Shown here: piece after piece, positions 37,925 to 48,130 of the stretch | Layout: every line of letters begins with the position of its first letter | Position numbering within the stretch: the first letter of the stretch is position 1 | NCBI GenBank assembly: GCA_022729235.1 | Contig: JALDAJ010000001.1 | Location: 450,442 to 514,441 of the forward strand | Source: Candidatus Nanohalarchaeota archaeon | GTDB taxonomy: Archaea > Nanohalarchaeota > Nanosalinia > Nanosalinales > Nanosalinaceae | Length of the DNA: 64,000 nt | Direction: 5' to 3' | Notes under the pieces: model-generated | Told to the model about the DNA's origin: nothing | Database searches by the model: none | Seen by the model: the letters and a program-made list of their open reading frames with translations, nothing else | Translations under genes and position numbers: made by a program

Positions 37925-38140
37925 TTAGATCATCTGGGATAGCAGGTTCGCTGCCATGTAGAACAGGAAACCGATGAACCCTACTGCGAGTATCCCGGCT
38001 CCCGTGATCTTGGCGCTCATCATGAATTCTTCTCTATCCGGTTTGCTGGAAATCTTGAGTACGCGGATGTACTCGTTCAGCTTGTGCCGTAAGCGTGTCC
38101 TGAGCTTCTTGATCTCCATGTTGAGCGAACCTGTAGACAC
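37925..38140 (-). CDS. secE: Protein translocase subunit SecE (Sec61-gamma)
   Basis: Small protein with a C-terminal TM helix (ITGAGILAVGFIGFLFYMAANLL), in the conserved position upstream of spt5. GTG at 38140, or an internal ATG giving MEIKKL. Confidence 0.8.
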   Translation of the reverse strand: MSTGSLNMEIKKLRTRLRHKLNEYIRVLKISSKPDREEFMMSAKITGAGILAVGFIGFLFYMAANLLSQMI

Positions 38141-38176
38141 CCCGGGCTAGAAAGAGTCGAACCTAGTCGACCCTCC

Positions 38177-38189
38177 CACCAGAGGTGGT
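38177..38189. terminator. Short perfect hairpin (CCACC-AGA-GGTGG) between ftsZ and secE
   Basis: 5-bp GC-rich stem with a 3-nt loop, downstream of the ftsZ stop on the minus strand. Confidence 0.25.
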
Positions 38190-38295
38190 TCAAACGGGTT
38201 TTGTAACCAGAAAATTAACATGAAGTTTTATAAGGAGTGTGACTGCTGGAGGTTAGAAGTGAAAAAGTGAAGAAAAGGTAGAGTGACGCGAGAAT

Positions 38296-39408
38296 CTAGA
38301 TAAATTCAACGCCGAGCTCTTTCTCTATCTCGTCTTCGTACTCGTCCTTGGTCGTGCTGTCGGGTCCGTAGATCTGCGGGCTTTCGACTCCTGTAACGAT
38401 GATCATGGACTGTAGTGAGGACTCCATGTCGTCTCTTATCTGTGCGCCCCAGATAACCTTCGCGGAGTCGGCAAGTCTGTCGGAGACGGTGTTGACTACC
38501 TCCTGTGCTTCTTTCAGTGAGAGGTCGGTTCCGCCGGTGACATTGACGAGCGCGCCCTGACCACCTTCGATTTCGACGTCGAGCAGCGGGTTGCTTAGTG
38601 CTTTCTGGACTGCTTCCTGCGCCCGTGAATCAGTATCGCTTTGACCCATTCCTATCATCGCGACTCCTCCGTCACCCATAACCGCTCTTATGTCTGCGAA
38701 GTCAAGGTTGACGAGTCCTGGCTTCGTAACTAGTTCTGTCACGCCTTTTACCGCGTTAACAAGTATCTCGTCCGCGATCTTGAACGCGGTGTTCAGTGAA
38801 ACGTCAGGTACTATTTCGAGAAGTTTGTCATTCGGTATCACGATTAACGTGTCTACGATATCTTCAAGCATCTCCAGTCCGTATTCTGCATTGTCCTGTC
38901 TGGACTGTCCTTCCATTTCGAAGGGTAGTGTGACGATGCCGACTGTAAGTGCACCTTCTTTTTTCGCCTGCTGGGCGATGACTGGTGCGGATCCTGTCCC
39001 GGTTCCGCCTCCGAGACCGCAGGTAACGAACACCATGTCGGCGCCGGAAACTGCATCTTTGACCTTTTGCTGGGATTCTTTTGCGGATTCTTCGCCGACT
39101 TTAGGGTCAGCTCCTGCCCCGAGTCCTCCGGTAAGTTCTTTTCCGATAAGCACTTTTTTGTCCGCGTTAGCGTATAGAAGATCCTGCGCATCGGTATTCA
39201 TCGCGATGGTTTCACATCCCTCGATTCCGACTTCTACGAGGCGTGAGATAGTATTGTTTCCGGCTCCTCCGGAACCTATGACCTTGATCTCAGCCTTTCT
39301 CTGTTCTATAAGTTCTTCAAGTTCCTCATCGATTTCATGGTTTTTGCTTCCTGTCTGTGGTACCGATCCCGCGTCGTTGCGTTGTGCTTGTTTGATCTGA
39401 TCTTCCAT
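38296..39408 (-). CDS. ftsZ: Cell division GTPase FtsZ
   Basis: Tubulin signature GLGGGTGTGSAPV and 370 aa. Confidence 0.95.
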   Translation of the reverse strand: MEDQIKQAQRNDAGSVPQTGSKNHEIDEELEELIEQRKAEIKVIGSGGAGNNTISRLVEVGIEGCETIAMNTDAQDLLYANADKKVLIGKELTGGLGAGADPKVGEESAKESQQKVKDAVSGADMVFVTCGLGGGTGTGSAPVIAQQAKKEGALTVGIVTLPFEMEGQSRQDNAEYGLEMLEDIVDTLIVIPNDKLLEIVPDVSLNTAFKIADEILVNAVKGVTELVTKPGLVNLDFADIRAVMGDGGVAMIGMGQSDTDSRAQEAVQKALSNPLLDVEIEGGQGALVNVTGGTDLSLKEAQEVVNTVSDRLADSAKVIWGAQIRDDMESSLQSMIIVTGVESPQIYGPDSTTKDEYEDEIEKELGVEFI

Positions 39409-39514
39409 GGCTTCAGAACCCTTTCAATTTATGGTATTTTATGTATAACAAGTTATCACGAACCTATATAAAATTGGTTTATTCTGTGATTTCTCTTCAG
39501 TCGTATTTGATAAA

Positions 39515-39814
39515 TCAATCGCTCAGGTATCGGGAAGTCAAATCTGAGCCCAGGGCCATTCCTGCTCCGAACTGTCCGGTCGCGAGAGCATCGATCTCTC
39601 CATCTAGAAGGTTGTAAATCCCGTGCGCTCCTGCTCCTAGCGCTCCTGCTCCTAAACTCTCGTAGACAGGGTTCTGGGCGTACTTATCTCTTTCGAAGAA
39701 TTTTATCGTTGACTCTATGATTATTCCTGCGGCAAAACCTGTTCCAAAAGTGGCGGGGCGGATCGCTGCACGATAAACATCTGGTTCGGTACTCTGTTCC
39801 AGAAGATATTCCAT
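39515..39814 (-). CDS. Hypothetical glycine-rich protein
   Basis: 99-aa ORF. Confidence 0.45.
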   Translation of the reverse strand: MEYLLEQSTEPDVYRAAIRPATFGTGFAAGIIIESTIKFFERDKYAQNPVYESLGAGALGAGAHGIYNLLDGEIDALATGQFGAGMALGSDLTSRYLSD

Positions 39815-39912
39815 AGATGAAGAAAAATAGTCCTCTTTAAATAGAACTTATACAGGATGAAACACCCGTTCTGCTTCTAAGCCGTCCGCCGAGTTTCCGC
39901 TATTCATTCTTC

Positions 39913-40554
39913 TTAGACATACTCAACTTCTACGTCGGTGTACTCTTCTATCTGTCTCTCCAGTTCTTCCTTCATCTGATCGGGCATCGGATGTTCGTGG
40001 TCGCCGTGGCTGTGAACTTCCTCGACCTTGAGGACTCCGTTCTCGACTTCGGAGTCGAAGTGTCCTGCGACTCTTTGTGCGATGTACCCTGCTTTTTCCT
40101 CGTCGTCTTCAACTTTTTCAACGACTTCTATCTCGTATTCCAGGGTCTTTCCTGCGAGAGGGTGGTTGAAGTCTACTCTTACACGACCTGAGTTTACGGA
40201 CATCACTCTTCCGCGTCTATTTCCTATCCTTAGTTCTTCGCCAGGATGTACCTGTACTCCCTGGTTCTCGAATTCTTTTTCCGGGTAGGTCTCAACGTTG
40301 TCAGACTCTCTTGGACCGTATGCTTTCTCGGGTTCGACCTCGATCTCCTGTTCCTCGCCTACTTCCATGTCTTCCAGGGCTTCTTCAAATCCTTCTATGA
40401 CGTAGCCTTCGCCTACGAGGACAGGTATCGGTTCCAGGTTGTCTTTGGGAATTCCTTCTTCCTCTGCTCTATCTTCTACTGTTAAATCAAAAATTTCTCC
40501 GTCTGTTTTTCCTACGTAGTTTACAAGTACGAGGTCGCCTTCTTCCATAGTCAC
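39913..40554 (-). CDS. Long-type FKBP peptidyl-prolyl cis-trans isomerase (SlyD/FKBP26-like)
   Basis: GDLVLVNYVGKTDGEIFD FKBP core, an insert-in-flap region and a C-terminal domain, as in archaeal long FKBPs. Confidence 0.85.
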   Translation of the reverse strand: MTMEEGDLVLVNYVGKTDGEIFDLTVEDRAEEEGIPKDNLEPIPVLVGEGYVIEGFEEALEDMEVGEEQEIEVEPEKAYGPRESDNVETYPEKEFENQGVQVHPGEELRIGNRRGRVMSVNSGRVRVDFNHPLAGKTLEYEIEVVEKVEDDEEKAGYIAQRVAGHFDSEVENGVLKVEEVHSHGDHEHPMPDQMKEELERQIEEYTDVEVEYV

Positions 40555-40608
40555 ATTGTTAGGCAGAGGGGCGAATGTTAAAAAGTGTTTGACTCCTCCT
40601 GTTAAGTT

Positions 40609-40878
40609 ATGGAATGGGTATCTGATCTTCCGGATAAGCTACGTGTATCGCTTGAATCACTTTTAGACTCTGTAGAACAGCATGAGGATGTATATATGGA
40701 GGCGCAGAATGCGTCAGTAGGTCAGATCTGGATTGCACTGGCGCTTATGAACGAGCGCGTCCAGAAACTGGAAGATCTTGTCCAGGCGCAGAGAAAGGCT
40801 CTCCACGAGCTTGACCAGGATGTTGAAGTTGACAAGCACCTTGACAAGAACCTGAAGGAGAGCTTAAAGCGGTACTGA
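40609..40878 (+). CDS. Hypothetical coiled-coil protein
   Basis: 89-aa ORF. Confidence 0.45.
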   Translation: MEWVSDLPDKLRVSLESLLDSVEQHEDVYMEAQNASVGQIWIALALMNERVQKLEDLVQAQRKALHELDQDVEVDKHLDKNLKESLKRY

Positions 40879-40958
40879 GCGGGTTTTACATTCTTGTATA
40901 TAGGACTACCAAAAATCATATAACGCTCGTCGAACGTACGTTCTCTAGGGGTGAGACA

Positions 40959-41213
40959 ATGGAGAAGGTTGCTGTGAAAGTACCTGAAGCTCAGAAGGAG
41001 AAGCTTGAGGAGATAGCTGAGGAGGAGGGCTACCCTAACAGGTCGGAGTTTTTACGGGAAGTAATAAGAAACGAGATAAAGAAGAGGGAAACAATCAAAA
41101 AAGAAGTTCTAGAGAAAATAGAGGAACGAATGGAACGCCTAGAAGAAGGAGAACTGAGCTTTGAAGATCTTACGTCTAATAAGGAATTAGAAGAAGAGCT
41201 AGGTATTGAATAA
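40959..41213 (+). CDS. Ribbon-helix-helix (CopG-like) antitoxin
   Basis: VAVKVPEAQKEKLEEIAEEEGYPNRSEFLREVIRNEI matches the RHH beta-strand and helix pattern. Confidence 0.7.
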   Translation: MEKVAVKVPEAQKEKLEEIAEEEGYPNRSEFLREVIRNEIKKRETIKKEVLEKIEERMERLEEGELSFEDLTSNKELEEELGIE

Positions 41214-41214
41214 T

Positions 41215-41529
41215 ATGGCGGAGGCATTCTGGCATCCGGACGCCAGAGTCGAGCTGGAAGAACTGAGCGAATCTGGGCGGAGAGTTGTGCTAGAAAAGGT
41301 TTCGGAGTTCGAGAGGGAAGGTACTGGGCACGATGATTTTGATTTGATCGAGCAGGATTACGTGGAAAACGACTACTACCGGTTAAAGATAAAGCAGGAC
41401 AATCCCTCTGTTAGTTATCGCCTGCTTATATCTGACTATAAGAACAAGTGGGTTATCTACGGCTTAAAACATCGGGAGATCGCGTATAACAAGGAAACTT
41501 TCATGGATATCGAAAGCCGGTTATACTAG
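41215..41529 (+). CDS. RelE/ParE-superfamily toxin-like protein
   Basis: The ATG is 1 nt after the RHH stop. YRLKIK...YRLLISDYKNKWVIYGLKHREIAY resembles the RelE/ParE beta-sheet core. Confidence 0.55.
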   Translation: MAEAFWHPDARVELEELSESGRRVVLEKVSEFEREGTGHDDFDLIEQDYVENDYYRLKIKQDNPSVSYRLLISDYKNKWVIYGLKHREIAYNKETFMDIESRLY

Positions 41530-41643
41530 CTTTCTGCTTTCAGTGGAGAATCTTTGCTATCGCCTCGACTGTGTCTGACTTCTTGACTATGTCGTGTTCG
41601 ATTAGTGCGTCCCAGCGCCTGTAAAGAGCGTTGCGAGAGACAT

Positions 41644-44424
41644 CTATTCCATCACGATTGCTGGTCGTCCGGGTTCTGCTCTTTCGGCTTTGTCTTCTTC
41701 TGATTCGGATTCTTGTTCGATTGTTATCTTGGCTTCGAACTTTTTCTCCCATCTCTCCATGTTCTGTTCCAGAGCCTCGGACTCTGTCTCTTTGTCCATA
41801 AGAGTTTCCCTGAAACTGCCGGGGTTTTCCACTGCTTCCTGTGCCATGGAGCTTATCTCTGGTGCGTGTTGCTGGAGTTCTTCGTCAAGGATTTCCTCCA
41901 TTACATCACCGACGTCGTGGTTACCGGATTCGACTTCCTGGAGTACCTGTCTCCCGATGGTGTACTTCCAGTCTTCTGCCCTGATAAGTTTGATAGAGGA
42001 GAGTTCGCCGTCGTAAAGTTCTCCTATCTCCCTGATATCTCCAGCCACCCTGTCGTGGTAGTTATCGATTGCTTCCGCCTCATCGTCTATCATGTCTTCC
42101 CGTGGCTGCGGCCAGTCCTCTTCGATAAGGAACTCTTCGTTCCCGAGTGCTTCCTGCCATATTTCTTCTGCCAGGTGAGGAGTAAACGGCGCCAGCATCT
42201 GGATGAATGTTTCTATGCCGTGCGACATTATCTCCGATTCAGGGTCCTGGTTACCGTACCAGAACAGCTTGGAGAGCAGTTTGTCGAGTTCGTTGATGGC
42301 AAGATTGAACTCGTAGTTCTCCATGTGTTCCGTAACTTTTTCCACAGTTCTCTGGACTTTCGTGACCGCTATCCTGTCGTAGAGACTCGCATCTGAAAGG
42401 TCGATTCCGGTGGTTCCTGTTTCCTCCTGTTCCACTAGTCTGGTGACTCTTTCCAGCATCTCCTTCGATGCTTCCACCCCGTCCGATGACCAGTCAAGCT
42501 CTTTTTCTGGATGTGAGGCTCTCAGTATGAACAGTCGCGCGGTATCAGCTCCGTAGTCCTCTATAAGCTCGTTAGGGTCGACCACATTGTTCTTCGACTT
42601 GGACATCTTCATGACGTCAACTTCAACTTCTCTACCGCACTTAGAGCAGACATCGCCGTCTTCTACTTCTTCAGGGTAGAGCCAGCCGTGCTCCGGACAG
42701 TTGTACGCAGGATGGTTAACCATTCCCTGTGTCAGAAGGCGCTCGAAGGGTTCGTCCTCGTCCAGCATGTCGATGTCGCGGAAGAACTTGGTGAAGAACC
42801 TCGCGTACAGCAGGTGCATGACCGCGTGTTCTATTCCGCCGATGTACTGGTCTACGTTCATCCAGTAATCCGCCTCTCCCTCATCAAATGGTGCGTTGTC
42901 AAAGTCAGGCGAGCAGTAGCGGAGGAAGTACCAGGAAGAGCCCATGAAAGTGTCCATAGTGTCGGTCTCTCTTTCGGCTTCTCCACCGCATTCAGGACAC
43001 TCTGTCTCGGTGAAGCTGCTGGAGGTTTCGATAGGGTTTCCTTGACCGGTGAACTTGACATCTTCCGGTAGCTCTACAGGTAGTTCTTCCTCAGGTACCG
43101 GTACTGCTCCACAGTCATCGCAGTAAATGATAGGTATAGGTGTTCCCCAGTACCGCTGTCTGGATATCAGCCAGTCACGGAGTCTATAATTGACATCTTT
43201 CTCACCTACCTTACTTTTCTCTATGATTTCGATTATCCTGTCTATAGCCTTCTCGTTTTTGAGACCGTTGATATTCTCCGAGTCGTGGTGTTTGCCGTCA
43301 CCTTCGTAAGCCTCTTCCTCGAAGTCGTGCTCCTCTTCAGGTTCTATGACGGGTTTGATGTCGATGCCGTGTTCCTTCGCAAATTCAAAGTCTCTCTGGT
43401 CGTGTGCCGGTACCGCCATTATCGCGCCGGTCCCGTAGTCGGTCAGGACGAACTCTGCCACGTAGATAGGTATTTCCTCCTCCGTGAACGGGTTGACTGC
43501 GTATCTTCCTGTGGAGACTCCTGCCTTTGTTTTTTCTTCCCGCTCCTGCGAATCTCTTGTCTTCGCCTCTTCTATATAATCTGCGACTTCCTCTTTCTCT
43601 TCTGCGATTTCTTCCGCTAGCGGGTGTTCAGGTGCGAGCACCATGAAAGTCGAGCCGTAGACAGTGTCAGGTCGTGTGGTGAATACCTCGAGTACTTCAT
43701 CGCTATCCTTCATAGGGAACTCGATGGTTGCGCCGTGGCTCTTCCCTATCCAGTCTCTCTGCATCTTCTTTACTTTCTCGGGCCATCCCTCGAGTTCTTC
43801 GAGGTCATCAAGTAACTCGTCGGCGTAGTCCGTGATTTTGAGGAACCACTGCTCCATCTCCCTGGTCTCCGCGGTGGAGTCGCACCTCCAGCACTGACCG
43901 TCTTCTACCTGTTCGTCCGCGAGCACTGTTTCACAGCTCGGGCACCAGTTGACTTCAGCCTCGTCCCGGTAAGCGAGGTCTTCTTCGAGCATCTTGAGGA
44001 ATATCCACTGGTTCCACCTGTAGTATTCCGGTTCATAGGTCGCGACCTCTCTCCTCCAGTCGTAGGATAGTCCGAGAGTCTTGAGCTGTTCCTTCATTTC
44101 GCTGATACATTCTTCGGTCCATTCCCGCGGGTTCACGTCCCTGTCGATGGCGGCGTTTTCCGCGGGTAGTCCGAACGAGTCCCATCCCATGGGGTAGAGG
44201 ACGTTGAATCCCTGCATCCTCTTGTAGCGGGCGAAGGCGTCACCTATAGAGTAGTTGCGGACGTGACCCATGTGCATGCTGCCGGAAGGGTAGGGAAACA
44301 TCTCCAGTACGTAGTATTTCTCCAGTGAATCGTCTGCATTGCTCTGGTGTATTAAGTTTTCCTCCCATTTTTCCTGCCATTTGTCCTCGAACTCGTTGAG
44401 CCTTTCCGCGAAGTCTTCTGTCAT
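41644..44424 (-). CDS. leuS: Leucyl-tRNA synthetase (archaeal type)
   Basis: 926 aa with HIGH (HMGHVRNY) and KMSKS (KMSKSKNN). Confidence 0.95.
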   Translation of the reverse strand: MTEDFAERLNEFEDKWQEKWEENLIHQSNADDSLEKYYVLEMFPYPSGSMHMGHVRNYSIGDAFARYKRMQGFNVLYPMGWDSFGLPAENAAIDRDVNPREWTEECISEMKEQLKTLGLSYDWRREVATYEPEYYRWNQWIFLKMLEEDLAYRDEAEVNWCPSCETVLADEQVEDGQCWRCDSTAETREMEQWFLKITDYADELLDDLEELEGWPEKVKKMQRDWIGKSHGATIEFPMKDSDEVLEVFTTRPDTVYGSTFMVLAPEHPLAEEIAEEKEEVADYIEEAKTRDSQEREEKTKAGVSTGRYAVNPFTEEEIPIYVAEFVLTDYGTGAIMAVPAHDQRDFEFAKEHGIDIKPVIEPEEEHDFEEEAYEGDGKHHDSENINGLKNEKAIDRIIEIIEKSKVGEKDVNYRLRDWLISRQRYWGTPIPIIYCDDCGAVPVPEEELPVELPEDVKFTGQGNPIETSSSFTETECPECGGEAERETDTMDTFMGSSWYFLRYCSPDFDNAPFDEGEADYWMNVDQYIGGIEHAVMHLLYARFFTKFFRDIDMLDEDEPFERLLTQGMVNHPAYNCPEHGWLYPEEVEDGDVCSKCGREVEVDVMKMSKSKNNVVDPNELIEDYGADTARLFILRASHPEKELDWSSDGVEASKEMLERVTRLVEQEETGTTGIDLSDASLYDRIAVTKVQRTVEKVTEHMENYEFNLAINELDKLLSKLFWYGNQDPESEIMSHGIETFIQMLAPFTPHLAEEIWQEALGNEEFLIEEDWPQPREDMIDDEAEAIDNYHDRVAGDIREIGELYDGELSSIKLIRAEDWKYTIGRQVLQEVESGNHDVGDVMEEILDEELQQHAPEISSMAQEAVENPGSFRETLMDKETESEALEQNMERWEKKFEAKITIEQESESEEDKAERAEPGRPAIVME

Positions 44425-44633
44425 ATAGAAACACCTTGAACCCTGTAGAAACTTAAGCTTTGTACAGCCCGGTAGCTAGCGTAGAACATGTCCACCCTTG
44501 ATTGAGTTACCCGGGCTCATGACATCTGTTTGGGTTGCAATTCTTAAAAATAGTTTCTAGGCGGCTGACGGTTGCTATCTTCTGTTCGAATGTTTAAACC
44601 GGCTCGCGGACAGGTCGAAAGTGGTGAAGTCCT

Positions 44634-45173
44634 ATGGGGAAGGAGCCGAGTCACGAGGTCGATGAACACCAGCTTGAAATCGCGGAGATGGAGGGTGACG
44701 CGTACAGGGAGGCGCTGCGCTACATGATTGAAGAGGTTGCTCATACAGGTCGTGTTGTAGAAGTCGAGGACTATGTAGTAGGTTTCGCCCAGGAAGAAGC
44801 CGAAGGTCTGTACCGCTTCGAGGACGGGGAACTTGTATGGCGCGAACCGGATGAAAGTATGAACGCGCATTTCGAGGTCGCGGTTCTTGACCGTGATGAT
44901 AGACGTTTTATTCCCTATCTAGAAGTTACTATGACTGTTGTTCCGGAGGAGGGTGAGAAACTCTCCTTCGGTCTTCCGTTCATATGGCACCCTGGTCTTT
45001 TCCACTATGGTCGCAACGTGGAGCTTCCTGGTGACGGCATCTATGATATCGTGATCAGGGTTGAGCCTCCAACCTTTCATAGACACGATAGGGATAACGG
45101 TGACAGGTATACGGAGCCGGTGGAGATGGAGTTCGGGGGTGTGGAAATCAGTACCGGGAGAGAAGAAGTCTAG
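44634..45173 (+). CDS. Hypothetical protein
   Basis: 179 aa. No confident family assignment. Confidence 0.55.
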   Translation: MGKEPSHEVDEHQLEIAEMEGDAYREALRYMIEEVAHTGRVVEVEDYVVGFAQEEAEGLYRFEDGELVWREPDESMNAHFEVAVLDRDDRRFIPYLEVTMTVVPEEGEKLSFGLPFIWHPGLFHYGRNVELPGDGIYDIVIRVEPPTFHRHDRDNGDRYTEPVEMEFGGVEISTGREEV

Positions 45174-45201
45174 CGGTTCAGTATTAATTTAAAAGCCCTC
45201 G

Positions 45202-45987
45202 ATGAATTGTTTTGATACGATGACCCGGCTGGTATGTGTCAGTAGCGGGAAAGGGGGTACAGGAAAAACCACGGTAACGTCGAACGTCGGAGCTGCATTG
45301 ACGCAGTTCGGTACCGATACGATAGTGCTGGATGCCAACCTGACGAACCCCAACTTAGGGTTTCACCTAGGTATTCCGCTCTACCCGAAGACGCTTCACG
45401 ATGTTTTGAAAGGTGATGCTCACATCACCGAGGCGATGTATATACACAACTCGGGGTTGCGTGTTGTACCGGCAGGGCTTTCGATAGAGGACCTTGTAGA
45501 CACATCTCCCGAGAATCTTTCAGATGTTCTGCTTGATACGGTCGGAGAGCCAGACTTCGTGCTGGTGGATTCGGCTGCAGGGCTTGGAAACGAGTCTATC
45601 AATGCTATAGAGGCCTCTGATGAGGTGCTTGTAGTCGCGAACCCTAACCTTCCCTCAGTGACGGATGCGCTGAAGACGGTTAATCTGGCTGAGGACGCAG
45701 GTACAGATGTTCTCGGAGTTGTACTGAACAGGGTTAAGGAACACGACTCTGAACTTGATGTTAATGAAGTCGAGTCGATGATAGGTTACGATGTCCTGAT
45801 GGAGGTTCCTGAGCACGGTAAGCTGCAGGAAGCTCTTGCGGCGAAGAAACCGGTTGTACATCATGAACCGGATCACCATGTATCTGAGCGTTTCAGGGGC
45901 GTGGCAGCACAAGTTGCAGGTATCGAGTACGAGCCCGAGATCGAAGAGGAAGGATTTTTATCCCGTGTGCTGCAAAGGCTGAGATAG
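45202..45987 (+). CDS. MinD/ParA-family P-loop ATPase (paralog 1)
   Basis: Deviant Walker A SSGKGGTGKTTVTSNVG. Confidence 0.85.
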   Translation: MNCFDTMTRLVCVSSGKGGTGKTTVTSNVGAALTQFGTDTIVLDANLTNPNLGFHLGIPLYPKTLHDVLKGDAHITEAMYIHNSGLRVVPAGLSIEDLVDTSPENLSDVLLDTVGEPDFVLVDSAAGLGNESINAIEASDEVLVVANPNLPSVTDALKTVNLAEDAGTDVLGVVLNRVKEHDSELDVNEVESMIGYDVLMEVPEHGKLQEALAAKKPVVHHEPDHHVSERFRGVAAQVAGIEYEPEIEEEGFLSRVLQRLR

Positions 45988-46368
45988 ATGTCAGAAAACG
46001 TGTTTATCAGGCCGGGCGCCCTGATTATATTTTTCATGGCGATGGCTGTAGGTGCGGGCGTCTTCAACTGGTCGTCAGAGCTTCTGGATCACGGTGACCG
46101 GACACAGACATCTGATACTATAGACTGTGCGGTGCTTGATGTTGATGTATTTGAAAGTAGTGGAAACGCCACACACCATACCGTATACGTCAGGATGGAT
46201 CAGGACGCTAACGCTCTCGCGGTTACTTTCATCGGCGAGGAAAGGAATGCCACGATGGTCTCGGAGTATGGTAGTCCAGGTACGTTATCTGCCGTAACAG
46301 CCCCGGTAGGTGATGTTAAAGGGCTGGAGATTCATGTAGAAGGGTGCTCAAGAGTTTTCGACCGGTAG
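45988..46368 (+). CDS. Small membrane-anchored protein encoded between two minD-like genes
   Basis: 126 aa. Its ATG directly abuts the minD-1 stop (TAGATG). N-terminal TM helix (ALIIFFMAMAVGAGVF). Confidence 0.55.
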   Translation: MSENVFIRPGALIIFFMAMAVGAGVFNWSSELLDHGDRTQTSDTIDCAVLDVDVFESSGNATHHTVYVRMDQDANALAVTFIGEERNATMVSEYGSPGTLSAVTAPVGDVKGLEIHVEGCSRVFDR

Positions 46369-46406
46369 GGACAAGCTTTTATTAAATCGATAGAAACTTT
46401 CACACG

Positions 46407-47168
46407 ATGACCCGGGTAATATCTGTAATATCAGGTAAGGGAGGTGTAGGTAAGACCACGGTCACTGCCAATCTCGGGACATCTCTTGCGAATCAGGGAG
46501 AAGACGTACTTATAATAGATGGCAACTTTTCCGGTGCGAACGTGTCACAGCACTTCGGCATAGGTTTCCAGGATGTTTCTCTAAACGATGTTCTCAACGG
46601 CGAAGCATATATCACACAGGCGGTCGCCAAGCACCCTGCAGGTGTTTCTGTCCTTCCTGCATCAATCCTTGAATTCAATGCGACCGCGGACAACCTTAAG
46701 CACTCGATAGTCGAGTTCCTCGGCGACAAGGATTTTGTTTTCGTTGACGCGGCAGCAGGAACTGATGAGGAGGTACAGGCAGCGGTCGAGGCGTCGGACG
46801 AAGTCTTACTGGTCGCGGAGCCTGAGCTACCTGCCCTGACCAACTGTCTTGGGGCGAAAAAACTTGCGGAACAGCTTGACAGGGATGTCTTGGGACTGGT
46901 TCTGAACTCTGTCAGAGGTGAGAAATCCGAGGTAGATCTGGAGGATGTAATGGATCTGATGGAGACTGAGATACTTGGAACGGTACCCGACCATCCGCAC
47001 GTAAGGGAAGGCATCGCACTCAGAGAACCTGTCGTATCGTACAAGCCGAACTCCAAGGCGTCCATGGCGATAGAAGATGTCGCCCACCGTTTGAAAGGCG
47101 ACGAACCGCCGAGGAGAGGGCTTACACAGAGACTGAAGGCAAGCGTCCAGGATATATCGCCACTTTAG
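46407..47168 (+). CDS. MinD/ParA-family P-loop ATPase (paralog 2)
   Basis: ISGKGGVGKTTVTANLG and 253 aa. Confidence 0.85.
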   Translation: MTRVISVISGKGGVGKTTVTANLGTSLANQGEDVLIIDGNFSGANVSQHFGIGFQDVSLNDVLNGEAYITQAVAKHPAGVSVLPASILEFNATADNLKHSIVEFLGDKDFVFVDAAAGTDEEVQAAVEASDEVLLVAEPELPALTNCLGAKKLAEQLDRDVLGLVLNSVRGEKSEVDLEDVMDLMETEILGTVPDHPHVREGIALREPVVSYKPNSKASMAIEDVAHRLKGDEPPRRGLTQRLKASVQDISPL

Positions 47169-47205
47169 ACCGAGTTATTAAATTCTCCGTAACCAACTCT
47201 TCTTC

Positions 47206-47724
47206 ATGACAGACCTGAAGCCGTATGAGCAGTATCTCTGGAGTCCTAAACGTGAGGAGTACGAGAATACAGAAATCCCGGAGGATATCGACTGTATCTT
47301 CTGCGCGCAGGCAGAAGGCGATGACCGTGTGACAAAGCTGGAGGTGTTCGAGGACGACTTCCTGATGGTGGAGCTCAATATCTTCCCTTACAACACAGGT
47401 CACCTGCTTGTTGTGCCGAAAAGACACGTCAACTCTTTAACGGAGCTTGAAGATGAGGAGCGCAACCGGCTTTTCGCGATGGTCGCAAAAGTACAGGAGC
47501 TCCAGGAAGAAGTTGTCGACCCTGCGGGAATCGACGTCGGGATCAACATCGGCGAGGCGGCGGGAGAATCCATACCGCACCTGCACGTCCAGCTCGTCCC
47601 GATTTACGAGAAAGACCGTGGCTTCATGGAGACCTCGCTCGATACTAAGGTCATGAAGAAGTCTCTTACCGACATGCAGGAAGAGTACCGGGAGCGGGTT
47701 GACATTTTAGAGGACTACTGGTAA
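47206..47724 (+). CDS. HIT-family (histidine triad) nucleotide hydrolase/transferase
   Basis: HLHVQLVP histidine triad. Confidence 0.85.
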   Translation: MTDLKPYEQYLWSPKREEYENTEIPEDIDCIFCAQAEGDDRVTKLEVFEDDFLMVELNIFPYNTGHLLVVPKRHVNSLTELEDEERNRLFAMVAKVQELQEEVVDPAGIDVGINIGEAAGESIPHLHVQLVPIYEKDRGFMETSLDTKVMKKSLTDMQEEYRERVDILEDYW

Positions 47725-47835
47725 TACTTATGTAATACAAATCCGGCTTAAATCTTTAATTAAGAGTATTTTGTAATACGTCTGCTAAAGTTTCATTTAG
47801 GTGTTCTATGTCTTCTATTAGCTCTAGTAAGAATT

Positions 47836-47849
47836 TTTATAAAAATTCA
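47836..47849 (+). promoter_or_regulatory. TATA box (TTTTTATAAAAATT) for the vapBC-2 operon
   Basis: About 35-45 nt upstream of the vapB ATG, inside an AT-rich intergenic region. Confidence 0.35.
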
Positions 47850-47881
47850 ATGAGAAAAGTTAGAATGTAAGGTGCAGATGT

Positions 47882-48130
47882 ATGTTGACTGAGGACGCAA
47901 GCGTCACAAGCAAGGGCCAGGTCACTATACCTAAGACTATAAGAGAAAAGCTCGGTATCACTTCAGGCTCTAAAGTATCTTTTGTCTTGAGGAATGGAGA
48001 GGCAGTTATAATTCCGAAGTCCGAGAACCCTCTTGAAGAGATGAAAGAGATGCGTTCAGAAATCTCATTTTCGGATGAAGAGATAGAGTACATGATCAGG
48101 GATTCAAAGAAGTCCTGGGATGGAAAATGA
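47882..48130 (+). CDS. vapB: AbrB/SpoVT-type VapB antitoxin
   Basis: SKGQVTIPKTIREKLGI swapped-hairpin motif. Confidence 0.75.
   Translation: MLTEDASVTSKGQVTIPKTIREKLGITSGSKVSFVLRNGEAVIIPKSENPLEEMKEMRSEISFSDEEIEYMIRDSKKSWDGK

Noticed and set aside
38141-38215. Possible tRNA between ftsZ and secE (GGTTCGACTC-like segment)
   Set aside because: No cloverleaf can be drawn: there is no proper T-arm, acceptor stem or anticodon arm. Only a short CCACC-AGA-GGTGG hairpin is present.
41540-41752. 70-aa Arg-rich ORF overlapping the leuS 3' end
   Set aside because: It overlaps the final 108 nt of leuS in another frame and is a low-complexity R/T/S-rich peptide, so it is likely spurious.
44470-44517. 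tRNA-like 7-bp inverted repeat (AGCCCGG…CCGGGCT)
   Set aside because: The intervening 34 nt do not form D, anticodon or T arms. I treat it as a possible regulatory inverted repeat only.
44544-44870. 108-aa minus-strand ORF overlapping the start of the 44634 gene
   Set aside because: Antisense to a better-supported plus-strand ORF, with no motif.
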